In this document: positions 23,928 through 34,189 of the stretch, piece after piece
Position numbering within the stretch: the stretch's first letter is position 1
Layout: every line of letters begins with the position of its first letter
DNA from: Neodothiora populina
Taxonomy: Eukaryota
Assembly (NCBI RefSeq): GCF_041146345.1
Contig: NW_027191413.1
Span: 620,001 to 684,000 of the forward strand
Length of the DNA: 64,000 nt
Direction of reading: 5' to 3'
Notes under the pieces: generated by a model
Databases searched by the model: none
What the model was told of the DNA's origin: nothing
Seen by the model: the letters and a program-made list of their open reading frames with translations, nothing else
Program-made: the position numbers and the translations under genes

Positions 23928-26243
23928 CTACACAAAGTCAAAGGTGTCTCCTCCCTTCTCGCGTAGCATATTGCCAACTCTCTTGGACCCGACAATCCTC
24001 TCCAATTTCAGCGCGTCGAAACGCGAGAACAACGCCCTCGCACTAACGTCGACCTCCTCTACACGGCCTTCTGCGACCATTGTGCCAAGGAAACCGGCAA
24101 CAAGCTCGCGGTAGAATATTGCATTGTCGGGTAGACCATACATGATGATCTTCTTGACACCCTTGACTCGGTAACGGTGAAAGTGATGCGCTCTACCCGT
24201 GTATAGAAGCACCGCATGCCGCCCAGTCAGGAAGTGACTTCTGGCCCTACGTGTGTCTGACACACTCGTGTATTCCGAGATGGCACCGAAGGAGATATGC
24301 TGAGTGTCATTCGAGTTGGCGAAATAATTTCTGACCCGCACGAAGTCGAGGTAGGAAGGAATGAACAGCATGACCCCGGGTCCACCTTCAGCGGGACGAG
24401 GCAGGCGGGTCAGTGAAGGCACGATGGCCGAGGTGAAATACTTGAACCTATCGTCTGGCTCGCTGACAGGACTCGGGCTGTCAAAGCGGGAGAAGGTTTG
24501 TTTGATGCTCATGCCAATGTCCATTATGGCGCCGTGATATATCGTTCCATACTTGGCTTTGCCAGCTATGTTGAGCATGGAGCTGTTGTACAGTCTGTTC
24601 AATTCAGGAGTGATAAAGGAAGAGAAGACAATGGTTTGGCGCAGGTACTTGGCTTGATTGTCAAGGTACCAGTTTCGAACTCGGCTGAAGTCGCAGCCGT
24701 GGGTATCTTTGGGCTGGAGATTGAGATGTGAGAAGACAAACTCCACATGCTCCCAGTTCTGCATGAGCATGGCATCGGCTTGATCGACTATGCAGACTTC
24801 GATACTGCTGAGGAAATCACTATCGGCCTTCTTTGGCTCGGAGTTTTCAATGATCCGCCGTAAACCCAAAGCAGACGCCAGGATGATGTCTGACGCGTAG
24901 AACTGCGAGAAGAATTTGACGATCTTTCTAGTAAATTTGACGCCCAGCCTGAAGTCGTTGTCATCGTTGCCTTCGAAGAGCTCCCGGTAATCGGCAGGCA
25001 TAGACCCCGGCTTGAACTTGTCTTCGTCACCGACAAAAGCATCTTGGAAGCGCTTTTTGTTCTCTTGTTGCTCTGGCTGACACAATCCCATCAGAGCATC
25101 GACGTATTTGGCGCAGGCTTGTCTGGTTTCCAGCAGAATCAAAACCTTCGGCCTGGTGAAGCCCTGGTCACGTAGCTCGAGGTCGTCGGAGTCTTTGGTT
25201 TGTGACAAGCGCTGGTTATTCTTAAGAACCCTGTCTCGGCCTTTATAGACGTGATTGAGTGCGTGTAAAGACGCAAGCTTCCTCAAGGATGCAGCGTTCT
25301 CTATCGTCCTTGCGCCACAGAGTAGATCCTGGTAGTTGAAGATGTATGGTGAGATCACCTGTTCAAGTGCGCCAATTTCTGGAATCTGGGTTTGCGCCGC
25401 ATCCGCAAGCCTTTGCTTCAGATGAAGTTGTTTGACCGACTTGCATGGTTTCCGAGCATTGAGCTTTTCGCCGATCGCAAGAGATGACAAAGTAATGCTA
25501 GCTTCTTCTCCGGCTGCGGTTTTTTCGGCCTTCCATTGATTGCTTGAAGCTGCTTTGAGCCGGGCTTGGAGATTATCGTCGGCGGGAACGGAAAGGTGCA
25601 ACTCATATGGGTCGGAAGAGTCCTCGTCCTCGTCGTCCTCCACGGTATCTTCTTCCTGCGCCGAGAGTTCGGCGTCTTCGTCTCCCTCGTCGACGTCACT
25701 GTTGACAGCTGCCTCTAGATCATCCTGTATCTGTTCCTCGACTTCTTCCTCGCCCTCTTCCTTCGTTTCTGTTTCGGCAGAAGCTGGTGTTTCGGCTTCG
25801 ACTCGCCTTCGCTTGCGCTGAGGCCCATCGGAGTGGGAAGACTGGACGAATGTTTGCAAGAGAGTGTTGTATGCCTTGGTTTTTGCTTGGCCAGTGGGCT
25901 CGTCATCGCTCATATCTGAGGCGGCGTCCTCGGAGTCTGAAGACTCTTCTGCCTCGTCGGCTTCGGGTTCGGGTTCGCTGTCGGAAGGTTGATCTTCAGG
26001 ATCTTCGATTCTGCTTGTCCTGAATTCGTTTCTCCCAAATCTCTGGCCTCCTCTTCCACGACCTCTGCCTCCTCTGCTCGGTCCGCGGAAACTGCCTCCA
26101 CCTCTGGCACCGCCGCCTCCTCTTCCTCCTCCTCGAGCGCCTCCACGGCCACTGCCTCCTCTAAAGCCTCCACTACCTCCTCTTGCTCCTGCTCCTCCTC
26201 TTCCGCCTCTGCCGCGAGGTGGACCACCTCTGAACGGCGGCAT
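23928..26243 (-). CDS. UTP25: U3 snoRNA-associated protein 25
   Basis: LHALNHVYKGRDRVLKNN, RDQGFTRPKVLIL, GNDDNDFRLGVKF, FYASDIILASALGLR, DFLSSIE, MQNWEH, DFSRVRNWYL; RGG-rich N-terminus. Confidence 0.95.
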   Translation of the reverse strand: MPPFRGGPPRGRGGRGGAGARGGSGGFRGGSGRGGARGGGRGGGGARGGGSFRGPSRGGRGRGRGGQRFGRNEFRTSRIEDPEDQPSDSEPEPEADEAEESSDSEDAASDMSDDEPTGQAKTKAYNTLLQTFVQSSHSDGPQRKRRRVEAETPASAETETKEEGEEEVEEQIQDDLEAAVNSDVDEGDEDAELSAQEEDTVEDDEDEDSSDPYELHLSVPADDNLQARLKAASSNQWKAEKTAAGEEASITLSSLAIGEKLNARKPCKSVKQLHLKQRLADAAQTQIPEIGALEQVISPYIFNYQDLLCGARTIENAASLRKLASLHALNHVYKGRDRVLKNNQRLSQTKDSDDLELRDQGFTRPKVLILLETRQACAKYVDALMGLCQPEQQENKKRFQDAFVGDEDKFKPGSMPADYRELFEGNDDNDFRLGVKFTRKIVKFFSQFYASDIILASALGLRRIIENSEPKKADSDFLSSIEVCIVDQADAMLMQNWEHVEFVFSHLNLQPKDTHGCDFSRVRNWYLDNQAKYLRQTIVFSSFITPELNRLYNSSMLNIAGKAKYGTIYHGAIMDIGMSIKQTFSRFDSPSPVSEPDDRFKYFTSAIVPSLTRLPRPAEGGPGVMLFIPSYLDFVRVRNYFANSNDTQHISFGAISEYTSVSDTRRARSHFLTGRHAVLLYTGRAHHFHRYRVKGVKKIIMYGLPDNAIFYRELVAGFLGTMVAEGRVEEVDVSARALFSRFDALKLERIVGSKRVGNMLREKGGDTFDFV

Positions 26244-26608
26244 TTTTGATGGGTGTGTGGTAAGACGAGATTGGAAAAGGTGAGAGACTCGGTCTAGTAC
26301 AAGTACAGTGGTAGACGAATAAATTGTTCCAGGGTCCCTGCAAGAAATGGCATTCTTATCGATAAGGAGGGTACTGTATTGTACATAGGTCTACAGTACA
26401 GGCACAGAACTGGCAGGAACTGGCCGGCAAAACTCCGGGAGTCTGATCCGACTTTTCGAACCCGAGTTTGGCGCTTTTGCTTTTGGAGTGGGATTTCGAC
26501 GAGTGAATTGTGAATCGAGCTGAAAGTGCGCGGCGTCAACACCAGATCAACACCATCTGCTTCTGCACCCTCTCAATCTCCCTCAGTCGTGTCACCATAT
26601 TGCCCAGT

Positions 26609-27687
26609 ATGGCTGAAGATTCATTCCTTCACCTGGCCAGGCCTCTCGGTCCCGCTGCAGTCGGATCCCAGCCCACCACCGCCCCGCTCGCAGTCACGGT
26701 GCAACCACAGGCCATCTTCGCCATCCTCGACCACTCACTCAGAAGACCCGCCGACCAGGAGCGCGTTATTGGTACCCTTCTCGGTGTGCGATCAGACGAC
26801 GGAACCGAGATCGAGATCAGAAACTGCTATGCCGTGCCCCACACCGAGACTCAAGAGCAGGTTGAGGTCGACATGGACTACCAGAAGCAAATGCTCGCCC
26901 TGCACCTGCGCGCAAACCCTCGCGAGGTTCTCCTGGGCTGGTATGCCACCAGCAGCGACCTCAACACCTTCTCCGCCCTCATTCAGAACTTCTACAGCCA
27001 GCAGGGCGACGGCACCTGGCCGCATCCCGCTGTGCACCTGACGCTGTCCACCCAGCCTGGAAAGGACATCGAGGCCAGGACCTACATCTCTGCCCCCGTC
27101 GGCGTCACTGCCGAGCGTGCTGCCGACAGCTGTCTGTTCATTCCCGTCCCCCACGAGATCAAGTATGGCGAGGCCGAGAAGAGTGGTCTGGAGTTGATCG
27201 CAGGAGCACGAGACCGCGAGGATAGATCGCAGCTCGTTCAGACCGACATCGAGGCCCTAGAAAAGGCCGTCGAGCAGGTCCTCGAGATGCTCGAGCGTGT
27301 CTCAAACTACGTCAGCAACGTCTTGGACGAGGAGGCCGAGCCTTCATCTGCTCTCGGTCAATTCCTCATGAACACCCTTTCTCTCGCGCCCAAGGTTGAC
27401 CCTGCCGACATCGAGAGGGATTTGTACGTTTGTTCTATTCCATCTGCTTCACTCGGAATGCTAACATATGCCCCAGCAACAACCACATCCAGGATGTTCT
27501 CCTTGTCTCTTACCTCGCAAACACCATTCGCACCCAGATCGATCTCTCCAACCGCCTTGCTACTGCAGCACTCACCATGGGTGGTGAGGCCAACGCCACC
27601 ACTGGCGAAGCCGGCCAGAAGGGCGGCAACCACAACAACAGAAGACAAGGCCAAAACAGGGGTCAGAACAGGCCTATTGAGCTGTAG
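26609..27687 (+). CDS. eIF3f: Eukaryotic translation initiation factor 3 subunit F (MPN domain), 2 exons
   Basis: [15 protein letters not shown]...[13 protein letters not shown]...RVIGTLLG...LLGWYAT; intron 27424-27476; [28 protein letters not shown]. Confidence 0.92.
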
Positions 27688-28222
27688 TGACTCGAAGAGG
27701 TCACTCAGGGCCCGGTACGGCTCGCTCGCTCACTTCACCTTGACCCTCTTCGCTTTCTCGACGTGCTGCATAGCATCTCGTACATTTTAGGCTCTTCTTG
27801 CACGAAATCAAGGCGCTGTTAGAGGGGCTTGTGTACTTTGGACGATTTATTTGTAACGGACTCTTTCTTAGAAGCAGAAAAAAAAAAGTTGCGCCATGGC
27901 AGCAGCGCATCAGGTCACGGCGTGGGTTAGCGGAATCTCCCATAGCCTTTCATTCCGTAGGGGTGAAGGCTAACTTTATGAAAAGTTTCAAATCATTTCT
28001 GTGTTTTGTTTGCCGTGATGTGTGTCTTCTGTCCGTCATGCTGTACGCCTGCGCTCCGAAAGCTGCGAATAGTCATGCTGCATGAATCTCCCATCGCCAG
28101 CTCGTAATAGTGACCAACCCCATCTTGCCTCAAACTCCTCGCTAATGTCACAATGTCGAATGCAGTCCATAACCAAATAAACCCCGAAGGAAGAGAATTG
28201 TCTCTCTTCTCGCCTAGAAAGA

Positions 28223-28771
28223 TCACTTCTCCTCAGTCTTCCTCCTCTTCTTCTTCCTGCCTTCCCCATCCTCCCCAGCATCCTCCTCAGGATCAACCCC
28301 AATCTCCTTCAACCCACCCTTGACCTTTCCCTTCTTGATCATGCCCTCGTCCCCCGCATCAAACACGGTTCGATTCTCCTTCAACAACTTCTCCGCAAAC
28401 GCCGACTCGGCGACCTTGCCCAGCTTCTTCGTGTCGCGCCTCAAAACCCACTTGAAGTCGTCGACTTTGATCTTTTGGCGCCGCGAGTATGAGGCGCATA
28501 GAGCGGCTGCGTGGCACGTCTCGATGACGAAGTCTGTCAGGATCTCGTCGAGGATGAGCTGCGTTGATGAGAGGGGGTCGGGGTCGTCGCCGAAGGCGCG
28601 AAGGAACCCGGTTACTGTACGAAGCAAGAAACGTCAGCAAGGGTTTTTTGGTTCGGCAATGTGGTGGATGATGTGTCTAATTGATGATGTGATGGTGAGG
28701 AGGTTTGACTTGCGTTCGTTGTGGTGGAATTGCTGGCCTTTTTGGCGCAGACGCATACGTGGCTCTGCCAT
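28223..28771 (-). CDS. TAF13: TFIID subunit 13 (histone fold), 2 exons with a GC-AG intron
   Basis: MAEPRMRLRQKGQQFHHNE-LTGFLRAFGDD...LDEILTDFVIETCH.A...RRQKIKVDDFKWVLRRD..KLGKV; intron 28615-28713. Confidence 0.88.
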
Positions 28772-29202
28772 CTCTTATGTGCCGAGCGGCCTTTTTGTTT
28801 ATTCAGGCTCAGCAGCTGTAATGTGCTATAGTCGTTCGATTTCACAAAAAGGTAGAGAGGCTCATGAAATGAGCCACCTTAGCATGTGAAAGTCGGGACA
28901 TTGAAGCTTGACGTCGATTGCGAAAGGTTGTACCGAAGTCGCTCCGGATATGCTGTACACAACACAGCTGTCCGATGGTAGGACTATCAAATCACAAGTA
29001 CAATCAAGAGCATATATCAAGTTTAATTGAAAAGAAGTCACAATGGTACGATTATATACGGTCTCGCTCACTCAGTACGGGGTACGGCCCCACTCGCTAA
29101 CACCGCATCTAGTCAGCTCTTTTCAACTTTCAGTCCCTGCTACTGGTCATCTTACTCTTCATCTGCACATGTGCCTACACACACTACGTCTTCCCTGCTC
29201 TG

Positions 29203-29437
29203 ATGGACAGGCATAAGGACGGGTGAGTCGTCACTCACTTTCTACTTATGGGCCAGTACTAAAGCAGCAAAAACAGCGTCATGAGTGTCTTCTGGAGAGC
29301 TGCCAGGATCGGCGAGAGACTGAGCCCCTATGTCAGCCTTTGCTGCGTCGCCATGGCTGTAAGTGAATTTTGAATGCTTGAATTATGTGCTCGGTTTGTT
29401 GATTCTGATGCAGGTCTCTCTTCTTACTGGCCAATGA
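29203..29437 (+). CDS. Candidate 41-aa three-exon microprotein or spliced uORF
   Basis: Introns 29223-29276 (GTGAGT..TACTAA..CAG) and 29359-29413 (GTAAGT..CTGAT..CAG) join [41 protein letters not shown]. Confidence 0.35.
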
Positions 29438-29735
29438 GTGTGTGTTTGAGATATACCTAAAGGTAGCGTGGCGTTTTGGGCGTTGTAGATTCACGAAGGC
29501 TCTCAAATGAATGGTTTCTGGTATAACACATTTTGTATTTCACTTCTCATATCTCATGTGAAACCTTGGCCTCATCGTAGGGACTAAATGATGAGATGGG
29601 TTTATCCCACAGTCAGCTTTTTCTGTTCACGTTACACCTCCTGCCTCTTCCTGCTTCTCCTTCTTTCCAAACCTGTCTATCGAACCACCTTTCTCCACGA
29701 ACACATCAGCGTTGCCAACTGCCAACGAGCTCACG

Positions 29736-30579
29736 ATGTCTACGGGAATGGGCCTGACTTGCCTGAGGTATGGTTCATTCCAGCTGCGCTGTTTACGAGG
29801 TTCTGATCAGACATAGCGAAGCCTTCAAAGTCCCACAGGTGACGTTCGGAGTTGGAGATGGCAAAGATGCCAAATCTTTTATTCTGCACAAGATTCTTGT
29901 GATCGAAAATTCCGCCCTCTTCGACGCTGATTTCGATAATTCTCGTGGTCGGTCAGATCAGTGCAAAGACTACATCAATATACGCCTCGAGAGGCCCGCT
30001 CTTTTCGGCATCTATGCTGCCTGGCTCTACCAAAATGCTGTAGACCGTACTGCTCTTTCGCACCTTGGCAAGGGAGGCCAGGAGAGCGCAGACCAAGATA
30101 TAGGCAACTATCATGGTAATCTAATCTGCTTATACATCTTTGCAGAAGAGTACGAAATACCTTTGCTATCCAACGAGGTCATCACGCTTTTGGCAGTATC
30201 TAATGTCGAGCCCTCCGTCATCTGTGAGAACTATCCTGACATGCCTGGAGCACTGCAGCGCCTCCTTGTTGATCGATGTGCCACTAATCGACACCGATTA
30301 AAGAGGGCACTGGACGAGCCGTCATTTGACCCTCCACCGTTTGATCAACCATTTAGTCAACCCAACCGCTTTTGCATGGATGTTCTTAAAGCAATACTGC
30401 ACCAGGAGGAGCGGGCCAAGACATCAGAGGAACTCGTAACAAAGAGGCCTATCGAAAGGATTTGCGATTACCACGAGCATGGAAGCGTACTGGAGCAGGA
30501 GACGTGCATCGAAAGATTGAAGCTCGCCTATCCCGATCTGAAGGACACTCCTGGATTGAGCTCTGGCTCTGGCGAATAA
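29736..30579 (+). CDS. BTB/POZ-domain protein, 2 exons
   Basis: VTFGVG...FILHKILVIENSALFDA...PALFGIYAAWLY...LICLYIFAEEYEIPLLSNEVI, with C-terminal CDYHEH typical of ascomycete BTB proteins; intron 29768-29816. Confidence 0.8.
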
Positions 30580-30962
30580 ACAACCACACAATGAACGACG
30601 CCCGTCTCCTAGCACAATGGACGTACTTGGACATGGAGTGTCCTACATGTAGTATAGTCGTCAGACCATGGATTCCATCGAGGTCTCATCTTGAGTCTGC
30701 TCCAGGGATATGAAGTCATCTCCACTCTCATCAGATTTCCTGTGTTGAAGCTCGCGTTGAAATGTGCATGTCTTAGATGTACTTTATACTTTGGCATTGT
30801 CGAGGTATCGCTTGAACACGAGTGCCTCAACTACGTCTGGAAACAGCACATTTCCACATGGTGTGAAAAGTGCTAAATGCTGCCTTGTGACTGCCTTTGA
30901 TTAGTACCAGGCAACTACACGCCAAATCACATGGGATTCGCGGGTTCTTGGCATCGTCACAG

Positions 30963-30990
30963 ACGCGTTATTCCACAATCGTGGCGCGTC
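30963..30990. promoter_or_regulatory. MCB-like elements (ACGCGT, GGCGCGT) upstream of RAD52
   Basis: ACGCGT at 30963-30968 and GCGCGT about 20 bp downstream, roughly 200 bp before the RAD52 ATG. Function is inferred. Confidence 0.35.
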
Positions 30991-31173
30991 TGCAGCCTAC
31001 CACGTACAATTTAGCCCAGGCGTTATTACCTTACCTACCTTACCTTACGCTCAGAACATATAGATGACCACACGCCACTCTTAACTCTGACCCGAACTTC
31101 CACCTTACCTCAGACCATAATACCTCATCAGGACCCTGATAGAAGCGGGCTAAGAAATCACAAATGACACGAC

Positions 31174-32981
31174 ATGCCTGCGTAAGTGATCATCCAATAT
31201 CGCCCCATAAAGTGCCACCTTCCTCGAATTCCTTGAACAAAACAACTTACGATAATGAAACAAACACAGTCCAGGTCACCAATACCGTGACAATGACAAG
31301 ACTGTCAATCCTTTCGAGGAGAAGATACCTCACATCAATGAATACACAGCGCGAGAAATCGCCACTCTCCAAAGCAGACTAGATAAACAGCTTGGCCCCG
31401 AGTACATTTCTACCAGACCTGGTGCCGGAGGAGGCAAAGTTCATTATCTTGCTGCTGAAAAAGTCATAAATCTCGCCAACGAGGTTTTTGGCTTCAACGG
31501 ATGGAGCAGTGAAATCAAAAATGTCCAAATCGACTTTGTCGATGAGAGCAGCTCTGGAAAGATCAGTCTCGGCCTCTCGGTGATCAGCAGAGTTACCCTC
31601 AAAGATGGCGCGTTCCACGAAGACGTCGGTTACGGCCACATTGAGAACTGCAAAGGAAAGGCAGCAGCGTTCGAAAAAGCCAAGAAAGAGGCAGCTACGG
31701 ACGCAATGAAGCGCGCCTTACGAAACTTTGGAAACGTGCTCGGAAATTGTCTTTACGATAAGGATTATCTTGCCAGAGTCACAAAGGTCAAGGTTGCGCC
31801 GTCAAAGTGGGATGTTGAGAATCTACACCGTCACCCGGATTTTGCACCGATCAAAAGGGAAGCTATCAGCGAAACTACAGTCTCGGTCAAATCTGGACCG
31901 CCGCCTCGATTGACAAGTGCGGTATCCGCACAATCTAACGGAGCTGAATACGAGGACGACTACGGTGGCAATCTATTTGATGAAGTCGATTTCACTCACC
32001 CAGATGAAGTGCGTCTGGACGACACGCCGATCAAGCCAATCGCCAATGGAGCAGCACAAACATCCAACCGTCAACCAATGGCTAGAGTAGCCTCAATGCC
32101 AGCGATGAGGGTTCAAAGTGCACCTCACGTAAGTCATGGTCAGACACTCAACCTAGACAAGAAATGATCATCCTAATATGTGTGCGCAGCAGAACGGTCA
32201 GTCGTCAGGACGCATGATGCCACCACCGAATCAAGCTCAGGTACAGGCCCAGGGACAAGCTCAGAAAGTAGCTGCACAACAGGCAAACGACACATCTCGC
32301 CCTGGCGGAGTGCAGAACGCCCCAGCGCAGAACAGTCAGAGACCATCAGGCCCTCTTCAGCACGGTGATGGGAACCGCTCTACGCCCTCATCCGGGTCAA
32401 GTACAACCCAAGGCAAATCAGGCAATAGCAATGGAAAATTGACTCCCCCGGATAATGAGAACCAACAAGCACCGCAGGCAATGGCTACACCACGCAACGC
32501 TCCGGTGGGCTTCGTATCTGGGAAAGCCGCGACGGCTTTGACAGATGGAGACCCTGCAGCCATCACCCCTTTCGATCCGCACCACGAGAGCCCTTCCATT
32601 CGGCGCACACAAGGTGTCGATCAGCGCAAGTCTGTACCTATTCGTCGCTCGGAGATTGGAGCTCCGCCGGCACCAGAAGTGCCGCTGATCAAACCGGCTG
32701 GCGCTCCTGGTGGTGCCAGTGGCGCTAGACCAAACTTCGTCAATCCAAGTATGGACCCAAATCGCAGGATCGGAGTGCCAGCGCAAATGGCAAGTCCCAT
32801 GTCAAATCGCAATGCGTATAAACCACCATCACTTCTCAAAAGGCCAGTGCCTAGCGATGGCAGACCTCCGCTGTCTGACGTGAGCAACGTCCAGCAGCCC
32901 GTTGATGGAGGCAATGACTCCAAGAGGATGAAGGTCGAGTCTGTCGTGCCGGCGAGTGAGGACAAGGCGGCTGCACAATGA
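31174..32981 (+). CDS. RAD52: DNA repair and recombination protein Rad52, 3 exons
   Basis: EIATLQSRLDKQLGPEYISTRPGAGGGKVHYL...ANEVFGFNGWSS...HEDVGYG...AFEKAKKEAATDAMKRALRNFGNVLGNCLYD; introns 31182-31269 and 32129-32189. Confidence 0.96.
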
Positions 32982-33172
32982 TTGCTCCGACCACGTTTCC
33001 AATGACCCAAGGGTAAGGATGGGAGTTCGGCGTTGTGAGTGGGTTTCTCGCGGAATAGAGATATCTGGCAAACAGCATGCATATTTGGCGTTTTTCTTTT
33101 CACTGCCGCGTCGCAGTCTGATATCCTTCGTATCTTGTTCATGAGACAGCATTGAAGCATTGCTAGGTCGCT

Positions 33173-33784
33173 TCATGAGCGCGCACCTCGAATGTTAAAG
33201 TCTTCCATACTGCTCTCCCCTCCCACGTTGTCCCGCTTGACTCGAATCTGGCGTCTAGGTCCGCCAGTGCTTGCACCTGTAGTTGAAGAAGACTCTACAG
33301 GCTGTTCTAGGACGAGTGGGCCTTCTCCAATGATCTTCTCGATGACTTTGACCTTACCCTCTGCACGCTTAAAACGATCGTCAAAGTCAGAAACAGAGTC
33401 CTCATTGTTCTCAGTGCTGAGACTATCTGCCTCGGTCAGGGCATAAAGTGTTTGCAAATGCTTCGCCAATCGAGTGTTGGAAGGAAGTGCTTTCAGCCGC
33501 TGCGATTCTGCTAGGTGCGCAGACCCTGCCAGATTGCCTTCATCAGGCTCTGAGGTAGGAGCAGCAGAGGTTCGCGATTCCCATACTGCACATCTACCCG
33601 CCAATGCGCCCATGGCGGCGAATTTCTCGAAACCCTTTTCGAGACCGAAGATTCTGCCCTCTATGCGGCCGGCTTGCGAACCATCGGACACGCCAAGGTT
33701 GTACCCTTCGTTGTAGTATTGATCCTCTAGACTCAGGAGAGAGTCGAAGGGATCCGCCTGTTGGACTTCTGCTTGTGCGGACAT
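33173..33784 (-). CDS. LTO1: Lto1/ORAOV1 family protein (Yae1_N deca-GX3 motif)
   Basis: DPFDSLLSLEDQYYNEGYNLGVSDGSQAGRIEGRIFGLEKGFEKF repeated GxxxG motif. Confidence 0.8.
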   Translation of the reverse strand: MSAQAEVQQADPFDSLLSLEDQYYNEGYNLGVSDGSQAGRIEGRIFGLEKGFEKFAAMGALAGRCAVWESRTSAAPTSEPDEGNLAGSAHLAESQRLKALPSNTRLAKHLQTLYALTEADSLSTENNEDSVSDFDDRFKRAEGKVKVIEKIIGEGPLVLEQPVESSSTTGASTGGPRRQIRVKRDNVGGESSMEDFNIRGARS

Positions 33785-34189
33785 GCTTTTAATTTTTTGT
33801 TGTGCACAAAATTATATTATCTTAGTAAATGCCGCGAGTTTCGAGTTTCTCGATATAGAGGCGCAAAGGCGGAGGTGAGGTGGGATGATGGAAGTGGGAG
33901 AAATTCGGGCAAGATTCATCTGACTCACTTTTGGTGCCTGCCCCTCCTTCCTTCCGCTATCGATTGAGCTTCACACGGTGCGAACATCACACATTTCGGC
34001 CCAGCCTTATTATATCATCTTTGTCGAATTTTTGGACACTTGGATCGCAAATTATCAGACTTCGACATCACCAGCATCAAACACGAATAGGAATAAAGTT
34101 CGAACTCAATCGGCTGTACCGAGAAGTAAAAAAACAGGCCTACCTGCCAATTCCAGCCCGGAAACATAGCAAAGGACCTCTCCGGCATC

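Noticed and set aside
29281..29358. Microprotein as ATP synthase epsilon (FWRAA resemblance)
   Set aside because: Similarity is limited to a few residues; the YxxY...R.ALK pattern and C-terminal half are missing.
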